This document shows positions 51,774 through 60,935 of a DNA stretch of 64,000 bases, in pieces. The translations under genes were made by a program, and so were the position numbers. Origin of the DNA: Thermoanaerobaculia bacterium (lineage in GTDB: Bacteria > Acidobacteriota > Thermoanaerobaculia > UBA5066); assembly GCA_038245905.1 (NCBI GenBank), contig JBBRRY010000001.1:256001-320000 (forward strand), given 5' to 3'. The notes under the pieces are model-generated. The model made no database searches, was not told where the DNA came from, and saw nothing but the letters and a program-made list of their open reading frames with translations. Numbering within the stretch: position 1 is the first letter of the stretch; every line of letters starts with the position of its first letter.

Positions 51774-53860
51774 AGCGTGCTCGTCCGGGAGCCGTCGATT
51801 TTCTCGTCTGTCTGATCGTCACCGCGGCGTGGGCGGCGCGCGTCCTGCCCCGCCTCGACACGCACCTGCGCGATGCTTACGACGCGCAGTTCCAAGCGTG
51901 GGGCGTTGCCTGGGTCGGGCACGCGCTGGTCTCCGCTCCGCTCCGCGTTTTCGACGCGAACATCTTCGCCCCATACCCGAATGCGCTCACCTTCACCGAG
52001 CCTCTCATCGGCTACGGGCTCCTCGGGCTTCCGCTGGGTCTCCTCGGGCTCTCCCCGGTCGCCGTCTTCAACGTCCTCTGTCTCCTCGGGACGGCATTCT
52101 CGACCTGGGCGATCTCGCGCCTCGCGATGGCGCACGGCGCCCCGCGCGCCCCGGCCCTCCTCGGCGCCGCGGCCGCGGTGCTTGGCGCCTCGGCCACTTC
52201 GAACTTCGGATACGTCTCGTTCGTCGCCTTTGGGGGTATCGCGCTCCCTCTCGTCGCCTGGAAGAGCCTCCGTGAGAACGGTCGATGGGGATCCGCCGCC
52301 GCCCTCGCCGGCGCCCTCGCCGGACTCGCGTGGTTTTCCCTCCAGCTCTTCGCGTTCGGACTCGCGGCCCTCGCCGCCGTCGTCGCCGCCGACGCGGTGA
52401 CGCAGCGGGAGACGCGCCGCCTCTCTCTTCTCAAAAAGCTGGCTGCTTCGCTCGCGCTCGCGGCCTTACTCATCGCCCCGCTCGCGTTTCACATGCTCGA
52501 GGCGCGGCGGGATCACGGCTTCCAGCGGGACGACGCGGAGAGCCGCCTCTTCTCCGCGTCGCCGAAGGACTGGCTCACGACGACGAACGAGAATCCGGGG
52601 CAATCGTTCCTGACGTGCCGCAGCGACTCCGAGAGGAGCCTGTATCCGGGGACGGTCGCGCTTCTTTTGAGCGCTCTCGGTTTTCTTGCGTTTTTCGGAA
52701 CAAAGAGAAACGTCCGCAACGGAAGTCTCATTGCCGCGGGTGCGCTCCTCGCGGCGCTCGGCATCGCGGGCTCGTTCGGCCCCGCGGGCCCCGCCGTCCC
52801 CGTCCTCAAGGTCGTCTTTCCGTTCGTCTTCTCGGGCATCCGGGGATTCACGCGCTTCGCGATGGTCGCCCAGATCGGTTTCGGCCTCCTCGCCGCCGCG
52901 GGCTGCGCCGCAGTGCTCGACCGGGCGCGCACCCGCGGCGTTCGCGCCGCCGTCGCTACGGCGCTCGCTCTCGGAATCGCATGTGACGTGCGACAGACCG
53001 TACGCTGGACGACTCGGCCCGAGCTGCCGCAGGCGCCGGTCGATCAGTTCCTCGCTCGTTCGGACACGGGCGGGCCGATTCTCCACGTGCCGCTGTACCA
53101 CTCGCCGGGCGACACGCGATGGGTGTTCTCCAGCCTCGCGCACTTCAAACCGATCGTGAACGGGTACGCGAGCTACGTGCCCCGGCGAAGCCAGGAGCTC
53201 GCCGCGACCCTCGCCGGCGGGAACATTCCGGAGTCCACACTCGCCCGTCTCAGGGCCTGGCCGGTCGGGACCCTCGTCGTCCACGAGCACGCGCTTCCCC
53301 TCGAGCGCCTCGGCCCGACCATGGCGTTCGTCGCACAGGCGCTTCGGTCCGGCGCGCTCCCCTCACCTCTCCATTTCGACCACCGAGGTGGAGACGACTG
53401 GGTCTTCAGTCTGGCCTCAGCGGCCGCGGCATCAAGCACCGGAAAGGAGGCGCGCCTTTTTCTCGAGCATGCCGACGCGACCCCGGCGATCGGGCGTTTC
53501 GAGGAATCGGACTTCCCCGCCTCGATAGACGGGCCGGCCGAAGGCCAGGCCGTTCACGGTGCCCTCACCGTGCGCGGCTGGAGCCAGGCGCCGGGAGCAA
53601 TCGGAGCTCCCGCAGCCGCCGCCAAGATCGTCGAGATCCGGATCGACCGCGACCGGCGAGCCCACGCATCCTTCGCGCGCGCCCCGCGCCCGGACGTCGC
53701 CGCCGCGCTCCCCGCGCTCGGGAGCTGCGAGGGGGCCGGCTATGCGGCGGTATTTCCGATGCTCCCCGGCGACGACGGCCGGCACGACATCCGCGTCGTC
53801 TTTCGCGCGGCCGACGGCCGCATGCGCACGCTCAGCCGCACGTTCGAATGGGAGCCCTAG
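51770..53860 (+). CDS. Polytopic membrane protein, possible GT-C/YfhO-like glycosyltransferase with a C-terminal Ig-like domain
   Basis: GTGA coupling; FDANIFAPYPNALTFTE, about 11 TM helices, PIVNGYASY. Confidence 0.6.
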   Translation: MKRARPGAVDFLVCLIVTAAWAARVLPRLDTHLRDAYDAQFQAWGVAWVGHALVSAPLRVFDANIFAPYPNALTFTEPLIGYGLLGLPLGLLGLSPVAVFNVLCLLGTAFSTWAISRLAMAHGAPRAPALLGAAAAVLGASATSNFGYVSFVAFGGIALPLVAWKSLRENGRWGSAAALAGALAGLAWFSLQLFAFGLAALAAVVAADAVTQRETRRLSLLKKLAASLALAALLIAPLAFHMLEARRDHGFQRDDAESRLFSASPKDWLTTTNENPGQSFLTCRSDSERSLYPGTVALLLSALGFLAFFGTKRNVRNGSLIAAGALLAALGIAGSFGPAGPAVPVLKVVFPFVFSGIRGFTRFAMVAQIGFGLLAAAGCAAVLDRARTRGVRAAVATALALGIACDVRQTVRWTTRPELPQAPVDQFLARSDTGGPILHVPLYHSPGDTRWVFSSLAHFKPIVNGYASYVPRRSQELAATLAGGNIPESTLARLRAWPVGTLVVHEHALPLERLGPTMAFVAQALRSGALPSPLHFDHRGGDDWVFSLASAAAASSTGKEARLFLEHADATPAIGRFEESDFPASIDGPAEGQAVHGALTVRGWSQAPGAIGAPAAAAKIVEIRIDRDRRAHASFARAPRPDVAAALPALGSCEGAGYAAVFPMLPGDDGRHDIRVVFRAADGRMRTLSRTFEWEP

Positions 53861-53939
53861 CGTCGACGCCTCCCTGGCCATCGGCGCCAGGCCTTCCCCC
53901 GAACGAGCGCTGATCCCCGCGCGCTGATATCTTTTGCGG

Positions 53940-54566
53940 ATGAAGAATCACCTGATCGTCGCGCTGGCCTGCCTTCTCCCGGCGGGCGGGGCCCTCCCGC
54001 AGGGGGACCCGGCCGCCATGGAGAAGTGGACGAAGCAGAAGACGATCTTCTACCACGTGGACGGCGCGTACTCGGGCAAGGCGCTGATCTCGGATCCGAA
54101 CGGCGGAGCGTGGGCGGACGTCACGGACCGCGTCGTCATGGACTTCGAGTGGGACTTCATCAACATGAAGCTCGGGCGCGTCCTCAAGCTCGAGAACTTC
54201 CCGACAAAGACGGCGAACGTACGGCAGGGCGAGTCAAAGTGCGCACCCCCGGTCCCGCGCGGCGCGTACGAGCACTGGACGGTCCTCGCGCTCGCCGACG
54301 GGCTCTCGGGTCAGGCCGAGATGAAGGTCGAGACGACGATCCCCGACGTCGACACCCCCCAGCTCTGCACCGGGAAGCCGAAGCTCTTCAAGGGCAAGAA
54401 GGCGGTCCATCCCGAAGAGCTCAACGTCCTCTCCCCCGTCCTCTTCACGATGCCGTTCTCCGCTTCGAGCGGCATGGCGGTCTCCGCCGACAAGAAGTCC
54501 CTCATCCTGAAGAAGAACGGCTGGACCTGGACGTTCACGCCGACCCTGACGAAGCCGCCGGCCTGA
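53940..54566 (+). CDS. Secreted hypothetical protein
   Basis: Signal peptide, typical codon usage, TATCTT 6 nt upstream of the ATG. Confidence 0.75.
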   Translation: MKNHLIVALACLLPAGGALPQGDPAAMEKWTKQKTIFYHVDGAYSGKALISDPNGGAWADVTDRVVMDFEWDFINMKLGRVLKLENFPTKTANVRQGESKCAPPVPRGAYEHWTVLALADGLSGQAEMKVETTIPDVDTPQLCTGKPKLFKGKKAVHPEELNVLSPVLFTMPFSASSGMAVSADKKSLILKKNGWTWTFTPTLTKPPA

Positions 54567-55464
54567 CACCCGTTGCCTGGCGCGGTCCTTGCGCCGCGCG
54601 CCGCCGCAGGTTCGCCGCGAGCGCGATTCCGCCCACGCACCAGACGCCCATCGCGATCTGCCAGAGGTCGCCTTCGACGTCGGCGTGGGCGCCGAGAAGC
54701 TCCCGGAGGGCGGGAACGAGGAACCACAGCGCGACGACCGCGGCGATCGCCGAGGCCCAGAGCGGCGGGACGAGCCGCCACGGATCCTCGCCGGCGGGGC
54801 GGTTCCGCGCGCTCCGCGGGCACGCGATGCCCGCGACGAGAGGGACGAGCACGATGAGGACGACGGCCGCGAACGGCACCTCGTACCAGACCTTCCAGAA
54901 CCAGCCCGCGAAACCCGATGGCGCGACGTCGCCGAGCGAGTTCATCGCGGCGCGCGACGACGCGTCGGGCGGTGAACGGCGCGCGAGCTTCTCGAGGGCG
55001 GTCACGGCCGGAGCAGCTGCCATCCCGATGTCGCCGAGCGCAAAGGCCGCCTGCTGACGAACCCTTTCCACCTCGTGGTCCAGCAGGCCCGTCAGGAGAG
55101 GGACCGCGGGAGCGCCGACGAGGCCGAGCATGTACGAAGCAGGGGTCCGCCCCGTCCAATGCTGAAAGCGCTCGACCACGACCTCCCGGACGACGGTCTC
55201 CGGCGTGGACCCGATCGCCTGCCGGAACGCGGCCGCGGCCTTCCCGCTCGGCCCCTCGTCGAGGAACCTGCCGAGGGCCTCCGCACTCAGCGGCGCTCCC
55301 CCTTTTCTCGGAGTCGCGTTCCCGGTCCCGCCCCAGGCCTCGGCCAGGCCCAGGAGCATGAGGAGGGCGAGATACGGGGTCCAGACGACGAACCAGGGCC
55401 TGTCCTCGGCCGGCTGAGGTCGCCGGACACGCGCGGGCTTCGAAGCGGGCGTTTTGCGCGGCAT
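54535..55464 (-). CDS. HEAT-repeat membrane protein
   Basis: PAVPLLTGLL...VRQQAAFALGDIG..A..AV..L; about 4 TM helices. Confidence 0.65.
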   Translation of the reverse strand: MPRKTPASKPARVRRPQPAEDRPWFVVWTPYLALLMLLGLAEAWGGTGNATPRKGGAPLSAEALGRFLDEGPSGKAAAAFRQAIGSTPETVVREVVVERFQHWTGRTPASYMLGLVGAPAVPLLTGLLDHEVERVRQQAAFALGDIGMAAAPAVTALEKLARRSPPDASSRAAMNSLGDVAPSGFAGWFWKVWYEVPFAAVVLIVLVPLVAGIACPRSARNRPAGEDPWRLVPPLWASAIAAVVALWFLVPALRELLGAHADVEGDLWQIAMGVWCVGGIALAANLRRRAAQGPRQATGVRPAASSGSA

Positions 55465-55534
55465 CCGGGGCTCCTCTCACGGAAGACGGCGGAAGACGCG
55501 CGTCAGCATAGATTGCGGCGACAATATCGGCGCC

Positions 55535-56425
55535 ATGCAGATCCACACTCTCGACCTCGACTTCTTCCGCGCCGGAACGATCGCTGCGTACCTCGTCGAG
55601 TCGGACGGGAATTTCGCGCTCATCGAGACCGGACCCGAGTCCACCTGGCCGCACCTCGTCGCGGCGCTCGCGAAGCTCGGCGTCAGACCCTCCGACGTGA
55701 AAAACGTCCTCGTGACGCACATCCATCTCGACCACGCGGGAGCGGCCTGGCGGATGGCGCGCGCGGGCGCGAACGTCTGGGTCCACCCGCGCGGCGCGCC
55801 ACACATGGCCGACCCCTCGAAGCTCCTCGCGTCGGCGAAGCGAATCTACAAGGACCAGATGGACTCCCTCTGGGGGACGCTCGAGCCCATCCCCGCCGAC
55901 CGGCTGAGGATCACCGAGGACGGCGCCGACATCCCCGTGGGCAACGCGCGGATTCGCGTGCTCGAGACGCCGGGGCACGCGATCCACCACAACGCCTACC
56001 TCCTCGAGGGGAAGGTCTTCACGGGCGACGTGGGCGGCGTCGCGATCGGCGACGGCCCGAATCTCCCGCCCACGCCGCCGCCCGACATCGACCTCCCGAC
56101 GTGGACCCGCTCGATCGAGCGCATCAAGGCCGCGCGCCCGGACGGTTTCTACCCGACGCACTTCGGTCTCCACCTCGACGTTGCGCGCCGGATGGACGAG
56201 ATGATGGAGGAGCTCCACGTGTGGGCGGAATTTGTCCGCGCGCTCCTCGACGAAGGCAAGGATGAGGCCGCGATCGTGCCTCTCTTCGAGGCGTGGCTCT
56301 CGGCGCGGCTCCTCGCGGCCGGCGTCGGCGAGGACAGCCTCGAGGCCTACAGGACCGCGCTCCCCTTCGCGATGAACGTCACGGGGCTCGTGCGGTACTG
56401 GAAAGCGGCCGGCAAGGCCGCCTGA
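55535..56425 (+). CDS. MBL-fold metallo-hydrolase
   Basis: THIHLDHAG, TPGHA, FTGD, PTHFG. Confidence 0.92.
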   Translation: MQIHTLDLDFFRAGTIAAYLVESDGNFALIETGPESTWPHLVAALAKLGVRPSDVKNVLVTHIHLDHAGAAWRMARAGANVWVHPRGAPHMADPSKLLASAKRIYKDQMDSLWGTLEPIPADRLRITEDGADIPVGNARIRVLETPGHAIHHNAYLLEGKVFTGDVGGVAIGDGPNLPPTPPPDIDLPTWTRSIERIKAARPDGFYPTHFGLHLDVARRMDEMMEELHVWAEFVRALLDEGKDEAAIVPLFEAWLSARLLAAGVGEDSLEAYRTALPFAMNVTGLVRYWKAAGKAA

Positions 56426-56439
56426 AGCCCGGCGCGACC

Positions 56440-59124
56440 CTACATCCCCGCCTGCGGCCGGAGGTCGATCGTCGGCTTCGGCTCGTAGTGATTCAGGAAG
56501 TCGTTCACGCTCTCCTGCTGCGCGGCCTTGAAGGCGCCGCGAAGCTGGATCTGTTCGAGCGACTGCGCGAGATAGCGCGAGCCTCCCATGTACTTCGGCG
56601 ACTTGTCCTTGAAGAACGCCTCGACCTCCGCCCGGTGAGCGGCGTCGCTGAAGCCCGAAGCGAGCATCGGGAAGCGGGCGGGCGACTCGCGCGGGAGACG
56701 CGCGACGATCCGGTCGAAATTCGCCTGCAGGAACGTCCACGCCTGCCCTCGCGTTTCCCGGTCCGTCGCGATCTCCCGGAGGATCGCGTTCGACTCGCGC
56801 GCGTCGAAGTCCTCCGACAGCGTCGCGTTGAGCGCGGCCGGGACGACCGTCGGGTCGTGGAATCGGCCGAGCGCCGAAAGGAGGCGCACGCGCTCGCGGC
56901 GGTCCACGGCCTTCTTCGCCTGGGCGCGAAACTCCTGGAAAAGCTCCATGTCGCCGTGCCGCGCGGCGACGTCGAGGACGGAGGGCGCCATCAGAGCGTC
57001 GACCGCGCCCCGGTCCTTCAACCAGGCGTTCGCGAGGCGCATCGCGTCGGCCACGAGAGCCGGCTCGTCGCCCTCGTTCGCGACGAAGGGGACGAGCTCC
57101 CCGCGCAGAAGTTGCGTGTCCTCGTCCTCTCCAGGCTTCGCTTTCCAGCCGAGGGCGTGCGCGCGCGCGCCGAAGACATCGCTCACGAACCGGCGATACC
57201 GCGGGCGCATCGCATCGGTGACGAGAAGATCGCGCGGCGCTGCGGCAATCTTCTGGATCGCCTCGACGACCGGCCGGTCGGGGTCGTTCGCGAACACCGG
57301 CACGAGCGCGAGCGCCGTCGCCATCGGGACGTCGCCGCTTCGCGCGAGGGCGGCCACGTCCGAAAGCGTCGCGACGCGCTCCGACACGGTCAGGTGCCTG
57401 CCGCTGTCGGCGAGGATCTTTCCGAGCATGCTGCCCGCGTAGAGAACGCGGTAGTAACCCGCACCGGCATTCGCGAAGACACGCGCGGGGCAGGCGCCCG
57501 GAAGCGCCATCTCGCCCGCTGGCTCCATGAGGAGCATGCAGGTCTTCTCGGACCCGGGGTCCCCGGTGCGCGCGCAGACGGGCACCCGCCATGTCTCCTT
57601 CGTCGATCCCGTCGAACCGGTCGGGAGGAAGCGCTTCTGCGAGAGGAGGAGCTTCGGCGCGCCGCCCGTGCACACGAGCTCGGCCGTCACGAGAGGGACG
57701 CCCGGCTGGTCGAGGAACGAGCGGAAAGCCGGAATGACCGCGGGCGTCTGCGTCGCCTCCGCGATCGCGGCCACGAAGTCGTCGGCCGTCGCCGTCCCCC
57801 AGGCGTAGGCCCTCAGGTAGCGCTGGATACCCTTCCGGAAGCCCTCCTCGCCGACCCAGCCCTCGAACATCTCGATGACGGCGGCGCCCTTCTGATACGT
57901 GATTCCATCGAACGCGCTCACGATGTCGTCGTCTCCTTCGATCGGCTGACGGATGCGCCGCGCCGTGACGAGCGAGTCCTGGTCCATCGCGCCCGTCCGC
58001 GACGCCGCGCGCTGGACCGCCCAGCTCCATTCGGGCTTCCAGCGATCGACGATCTTCGAGCCCATCCACGTCGCGAACGCCTCGTTGAGCCAGATGTCGT
58101 TCCACCACGCCGTCGTGACGTAGTCGCCGAACCACTGGTGTGCCGTCTCGTGCGCGCAGACGCTCGCGTACGCGCGGCGGAAGCGGATCGTCTCGTCGGC
58201 GGGCTTCGCGAGGAGGAGGCTCGAGGAATACGTCACGAGCCCCGCGTTCTCCATGGCGCCGAAGCCGACGGTCTGCGGGATCACGAGGTGGTCGAGCTTC
58301 TCGTAGGGATACGGGATGTCGAAGTACGTCTCGAGCACCTCGAGGATCGGGCCCGTGGAGGCGGCGGCCCAGCGAGCCTCGGCCGCGCGGCCCTTCGGGA
58401 CGATCATCCTCACCGGCGTCTTGTTGCGGCCGGCGACACCCGCGTTCACGACGTCGAAGGGGCCGACGCCGAACGCGACGAGATAGCTCGGGAGAGGCTT
58501 CGTCTCGCCGAAGACGAACTTCCGCCCGCCGTCCGCATCAGCGGCCTCCGACACGACCGGCGTGTTCGCGACCGCGATCGCTCCCTTCGGGGCGTGGATC
58601 GTGAGCTGCCAGGGCGTCTTGTATGAGGGCTCGTCGAAGCAGGGAAACACGCGCCGCGCGTAGATCGCCTCGAAGTGGCTGAAGGCGTACCAGTCGGCGC
58701 CTTCCTTCTGGCGAAACATGCCTTCCGTGTCCTTCGACTCGATGCGTCCCGAATACCTGAGGTCGATCTGCCAGAGACCGGGAGAAAGACTTCTTTGAAA
58801 GGTGAGACCGACGTAGTTGCTGCCACTCGCGGCCGCGGCGGCGGGGACCGCCTCGCCCCCTCCCACGGGGTGCGCGGACGCCGACTTCACGTCCAGCTCC
58901 TTTGCGTTCAACCAGACCGCGCCCGTCTCCACTTTCAAAGAAATCTCTATCGCGATCTTCCCTTCGAACGACTCCTTCGCCGGGTCGATCCACAGCTCGG
59001 CGGCGTAGCGCACGGGCGCGGCGCCAGCAGGGAGTCTGAGCTTCGGAGGCGCGGGGGACTCCGCGTGGACGAGAGCGCTGAATCCGAGCACGGCGGAGAG
59101 AAAGACCGAGCCGAGTCTGCTCAT
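56440..59124 (-). CDS. M1 aminopeptidase with ERAP1-like C-terminal domain
   Basis: ARRVFPCFDEP, GAMEN, HETAHQWFG...WLNEAFA, ITYQKG; signal peptide. Confidence 0.95.
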   Translation of the reverse strand: MSRLGSVFLSAVLGFSALVHAESPAPPKLRLPAGAAPVRYAAELWIDPAKESFEGKIAIEISLKVETGAVWLNAKELDVKSASAHPVGGGEAVPAAAAASGSNYVGLTFQRSLSPGLWQIDLRYSGRIESKDTEGMFRQKEGADWYAFSHFEAIYARRVFPCFDEPSYKTPWQLTIHAPKGAIAVANTPVVSEAADADGGRKFVFGETKPLPSYLVAFGVGPFDVVNAGVAGRNKTPVRMIVPKGRAAEARWAAASTGPILEVLETYFDIPYPYEKLDHLVIPQTVGFGAMENAGLVTYSSSLLLAKPADETIRFRRAYASVCAHETAHQWFGDYVTTAWWNDIWLNEAFATWMGSKIVDRWKPEWSWAVQRAASRTGAMDQDSLVTARRIRQPIEGDDDIVSAFDGITYQKGAAVIEMFEGWVGEEGFRKGIQRYLRAYAWGTATADDFVAAIAEATQTPAVIPAFRSFLDQPGVPLVTAELVCTGGAPKLLLSQKRFLPTGSTGSTKETWRVPVCARTGDPGSEKTCMLLMEPAGEMALPGACPARVFANAGAGYYRVLYAGSMLGKILADSGRHLTVSERVATLSDVAALARSGDVPMATALALVPVFANDPDRPVVEAIQKIAAAPRDLLVTDAMRPRYRRFVSDVFGARAHALGWKAKPGEDEDTQLLRGELVPFVANEGDEPALVADAMRLANAWLKDRGAVDALMAPSVLDVAARHGDMELFQEFRAQAKKAVDRRERVRLLSALGRFHDPTVVPAALNATLSEDFDARESNAILREIATDRETRGQAWTFLQANFDRIVARLPRESPARFPMLASGFSDAAHRAEVEAFFKDKSPKYMGGSRYLAQSLEQIQLRGAFKAAQQESVNDFLNHYEPKPTIDLRPQAGM

Positions 59125-59199
59125 TCGCGGACTTTACGATGAAATTTGCCACGCCCCTATTGCGATAGCATCGTCGGCCAATGACCATTCAAAGAAATC
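58788..59199. repeat. Dispersed motif cluster J (one minus copy, then two plus copies)
   Basis: ACCTTTCAAAGAAGTC(-) 58788-58803; ACTTTCAAAGAAATC(+) 58931-58945; CCATTCAAAGAAATC(+) 59185-59199. Confidence 0.85.
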
Positions 59200-60935
59200 T
59201 CCCTTTCTTCTCCTCCGCGTTCCTGGCCATCCTCGCGGCCGCCTGCAGCAAGCCCGCGCCCGCGCCGGTCTCCCCCACGCCCGCCCCCGAGCCGACGAAA
59301 GTCGCCTCGTCGATCCGGTTCGAGGACGTGACGAAGGCCTCGGGTGTCTCGTTCGTCCACGTAAACGGCGCCGCCGGGAAGAAGTGGATGCCCGAGACCA
59401 TGGGCTCCGGCATCGCGGCGTTCGACGCTGACGGCGACGGCCGCGTCGACCTTCTCTTCGTGAACGGCCGGTACTGGCCGGGAGACCCGAAGGCCGCGAG
59501 GCAACCCACGCTCTCGTTCTGGCGAAACGTCACCGAGCCGGGGGGACCGATCCGGTTCGAGGACCGTACGCGCGACGCCGGCTTCGCTGTTTCGCTCTAT
59601 GGCATGGGTGTGGCCGTCGGCGACGTGAATGACGACGGGTTCCCCGATGTCGTCGTCACGGGCCTCGACGACATCCGCCTCTTTCTCAACGACGGCAAGG
59701 GCCGCTTCCGTGACGCGACAAAGGGGTCGGGTCTCGTCGGATCCGGCTGGGGCTCGTCCGCGGCCTTCGCCGACTTCGACGGCGACGGAGTCCTCGACCT
59801 CTTCGTCGGCCAATACGTGAATTGGACTCCGAAGACGGACATGTACTGCTCGCTGGACGGTAAGACGAAGTCCTACTGCACGCCCGAGCGCTACAACGGC
59901 GTCTCATCCCGCCTCTACAAAGGCCTCGGTGGCGGAAAGTTCAAGGACATCACGAAAGAAGCCGGCCTCCTGAACCCTCTCGGCAAGGCGCTGGGCGTGG
60001 CCGTCCGCGACATCGACGGCGACGGCCGCATGGACCTCGTCGTCTCGAACGACACGTCGCCCAACAACCTGTACCGGAACGAAGAGACCGTGAACGGCGT
60101 CCCCGTCTTTCGCGACATGGCCGTCGAAGCCGGCGTTGCCGTGGGAGAGGACGGCCGCGCGCGCGGCGCGATGGGCGTCGCGTTCGGCGACACGAAGAAC
60201 GACGGCGGCACTTCCCTCGTGATCGGCAACTTCTCGAACGAGATGTGGTCCGTGTTCGCCGCGGGCCCGAAGGGCGACTTCTTCGTGGATGAATCCATCC
60301 AGAGCGGAATCGGGCGGACGTCTCTTCTTCCGCTCACGTTCGGCGTCGCCTTCGCGGACTTCGACCTCGACGGCGTTCTGGACCTCGTGGGCGTCAACGG
60401 CCACGTCGAGACTTCCGTCCAGAGCGTTCAGCCCACGGTGACCTATCGCCAGGCGCCGCTCCTCTATCGCGGCCTCGGCGCGGGCAAGTTCGCCGACGCT
60501 TCGTCCCAGGCGGGCGCGGGCTTCCTCGCGCCGATCGTCGGACGCGGGCTGGCCCTCGCCGACCTGGACGGAGACGGCAGGCCCGATCTCGTCGTGACCG
60601 AGAACGGCGGCCCTGCTCACGTCTTCCGCAACGTGACGGAGACGCCGGCGAAAGCCGTGCGTCTCCAACTTGCAACGAACGGCAAGAACCGCGACGCGAT
60701 CGGCGCGCGCGTGACCTGCTCGATGGGCGGAAAGAAGCGCGTCGACGAGGTCTCGGGCGGCGACGGCTACCTCTCCGTCAGCGAGAGGACGATCACGATC
60801 GGGCTCGGCGCCGCGCCGAAGCTCGACGGGGTCGACGTCCGCTGGCCGGACGGCACGACCGCCTCCGCGAAGGACCTCGCTCCGGGACTCTACAAATGGG
60901 TCGAGGGCGGAGCACCGGAACCCGCAAAACGCTAG
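59181..60935 (+). CDS. CRTAC1 family lipoprotein (FG-GAP/VCBS repeats plus ASPIC/UnbV domain)
   Basis: Lipobox AAAC; repeated DxDGDGxxD loops; NRDAIGARV...GLG...VRWPDG. Confidence 0.92.
   Translation: MTIQRNLPFFSSAFLAILAAACSKPAPAPVSPTPAPEPTKVASSIRFEDVTKASGVSFVHVNGAAGKKWMPETMGSGIAAFDADGDGRVDLLFVNGRYWPGDPKAARQPTLSFWRNVTEPGGPIRFEDRTRDAGFAVSLYGMGVAVGDVNDDGFPDVVVTGLDDIRLFLNDGKGRFRDATKGSGLVGSGWGSSAAFADFDGDGVLDLFVGQYVNWTPKTDMYCSLDGKTKSYCTPERYNGVSSRLYKGLGGGKFKDITKEAGLLNPLGKALGVAVRDIDGDGRMDLVVSNDTSPNNLYRNEETVNGVPVFRDMAVEAGVAVGEDGRARGAMGVAFGDTKNDGGTSLVIGNFSNEMWSVFAAGPKGDFFVDESIQSGIGRTSLLPLTFGVAFADFDLDGVLDLVGVNGHVETSVQSVQPTVTYRQAPLLYRGLGAGKFADASSQAGAGFLAPIVGRGLALADLDGDGRPDLVVTENGGPAHVFRNVTETPAKAVRLQLATNGKNRDAIGARVTCSMGGKKRVDEVSGGDGYLSVSERTITIGLGAAPKLDGVDVRWPDGTTASAKDLAPGLYKWVEGGAPEPAKR

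Noticed and set aside
54311-58135. 1274-aa minus-strand ORF and other long Arg/Ala/Pro-rich ORFs (597-2609, 7091-9634, 24993-27236, 56293-58626)
   Set aside because: Shadow frames of well-supported genes; stop codons are scarce in high-GC DNA and the translations have no recognisable motifs.
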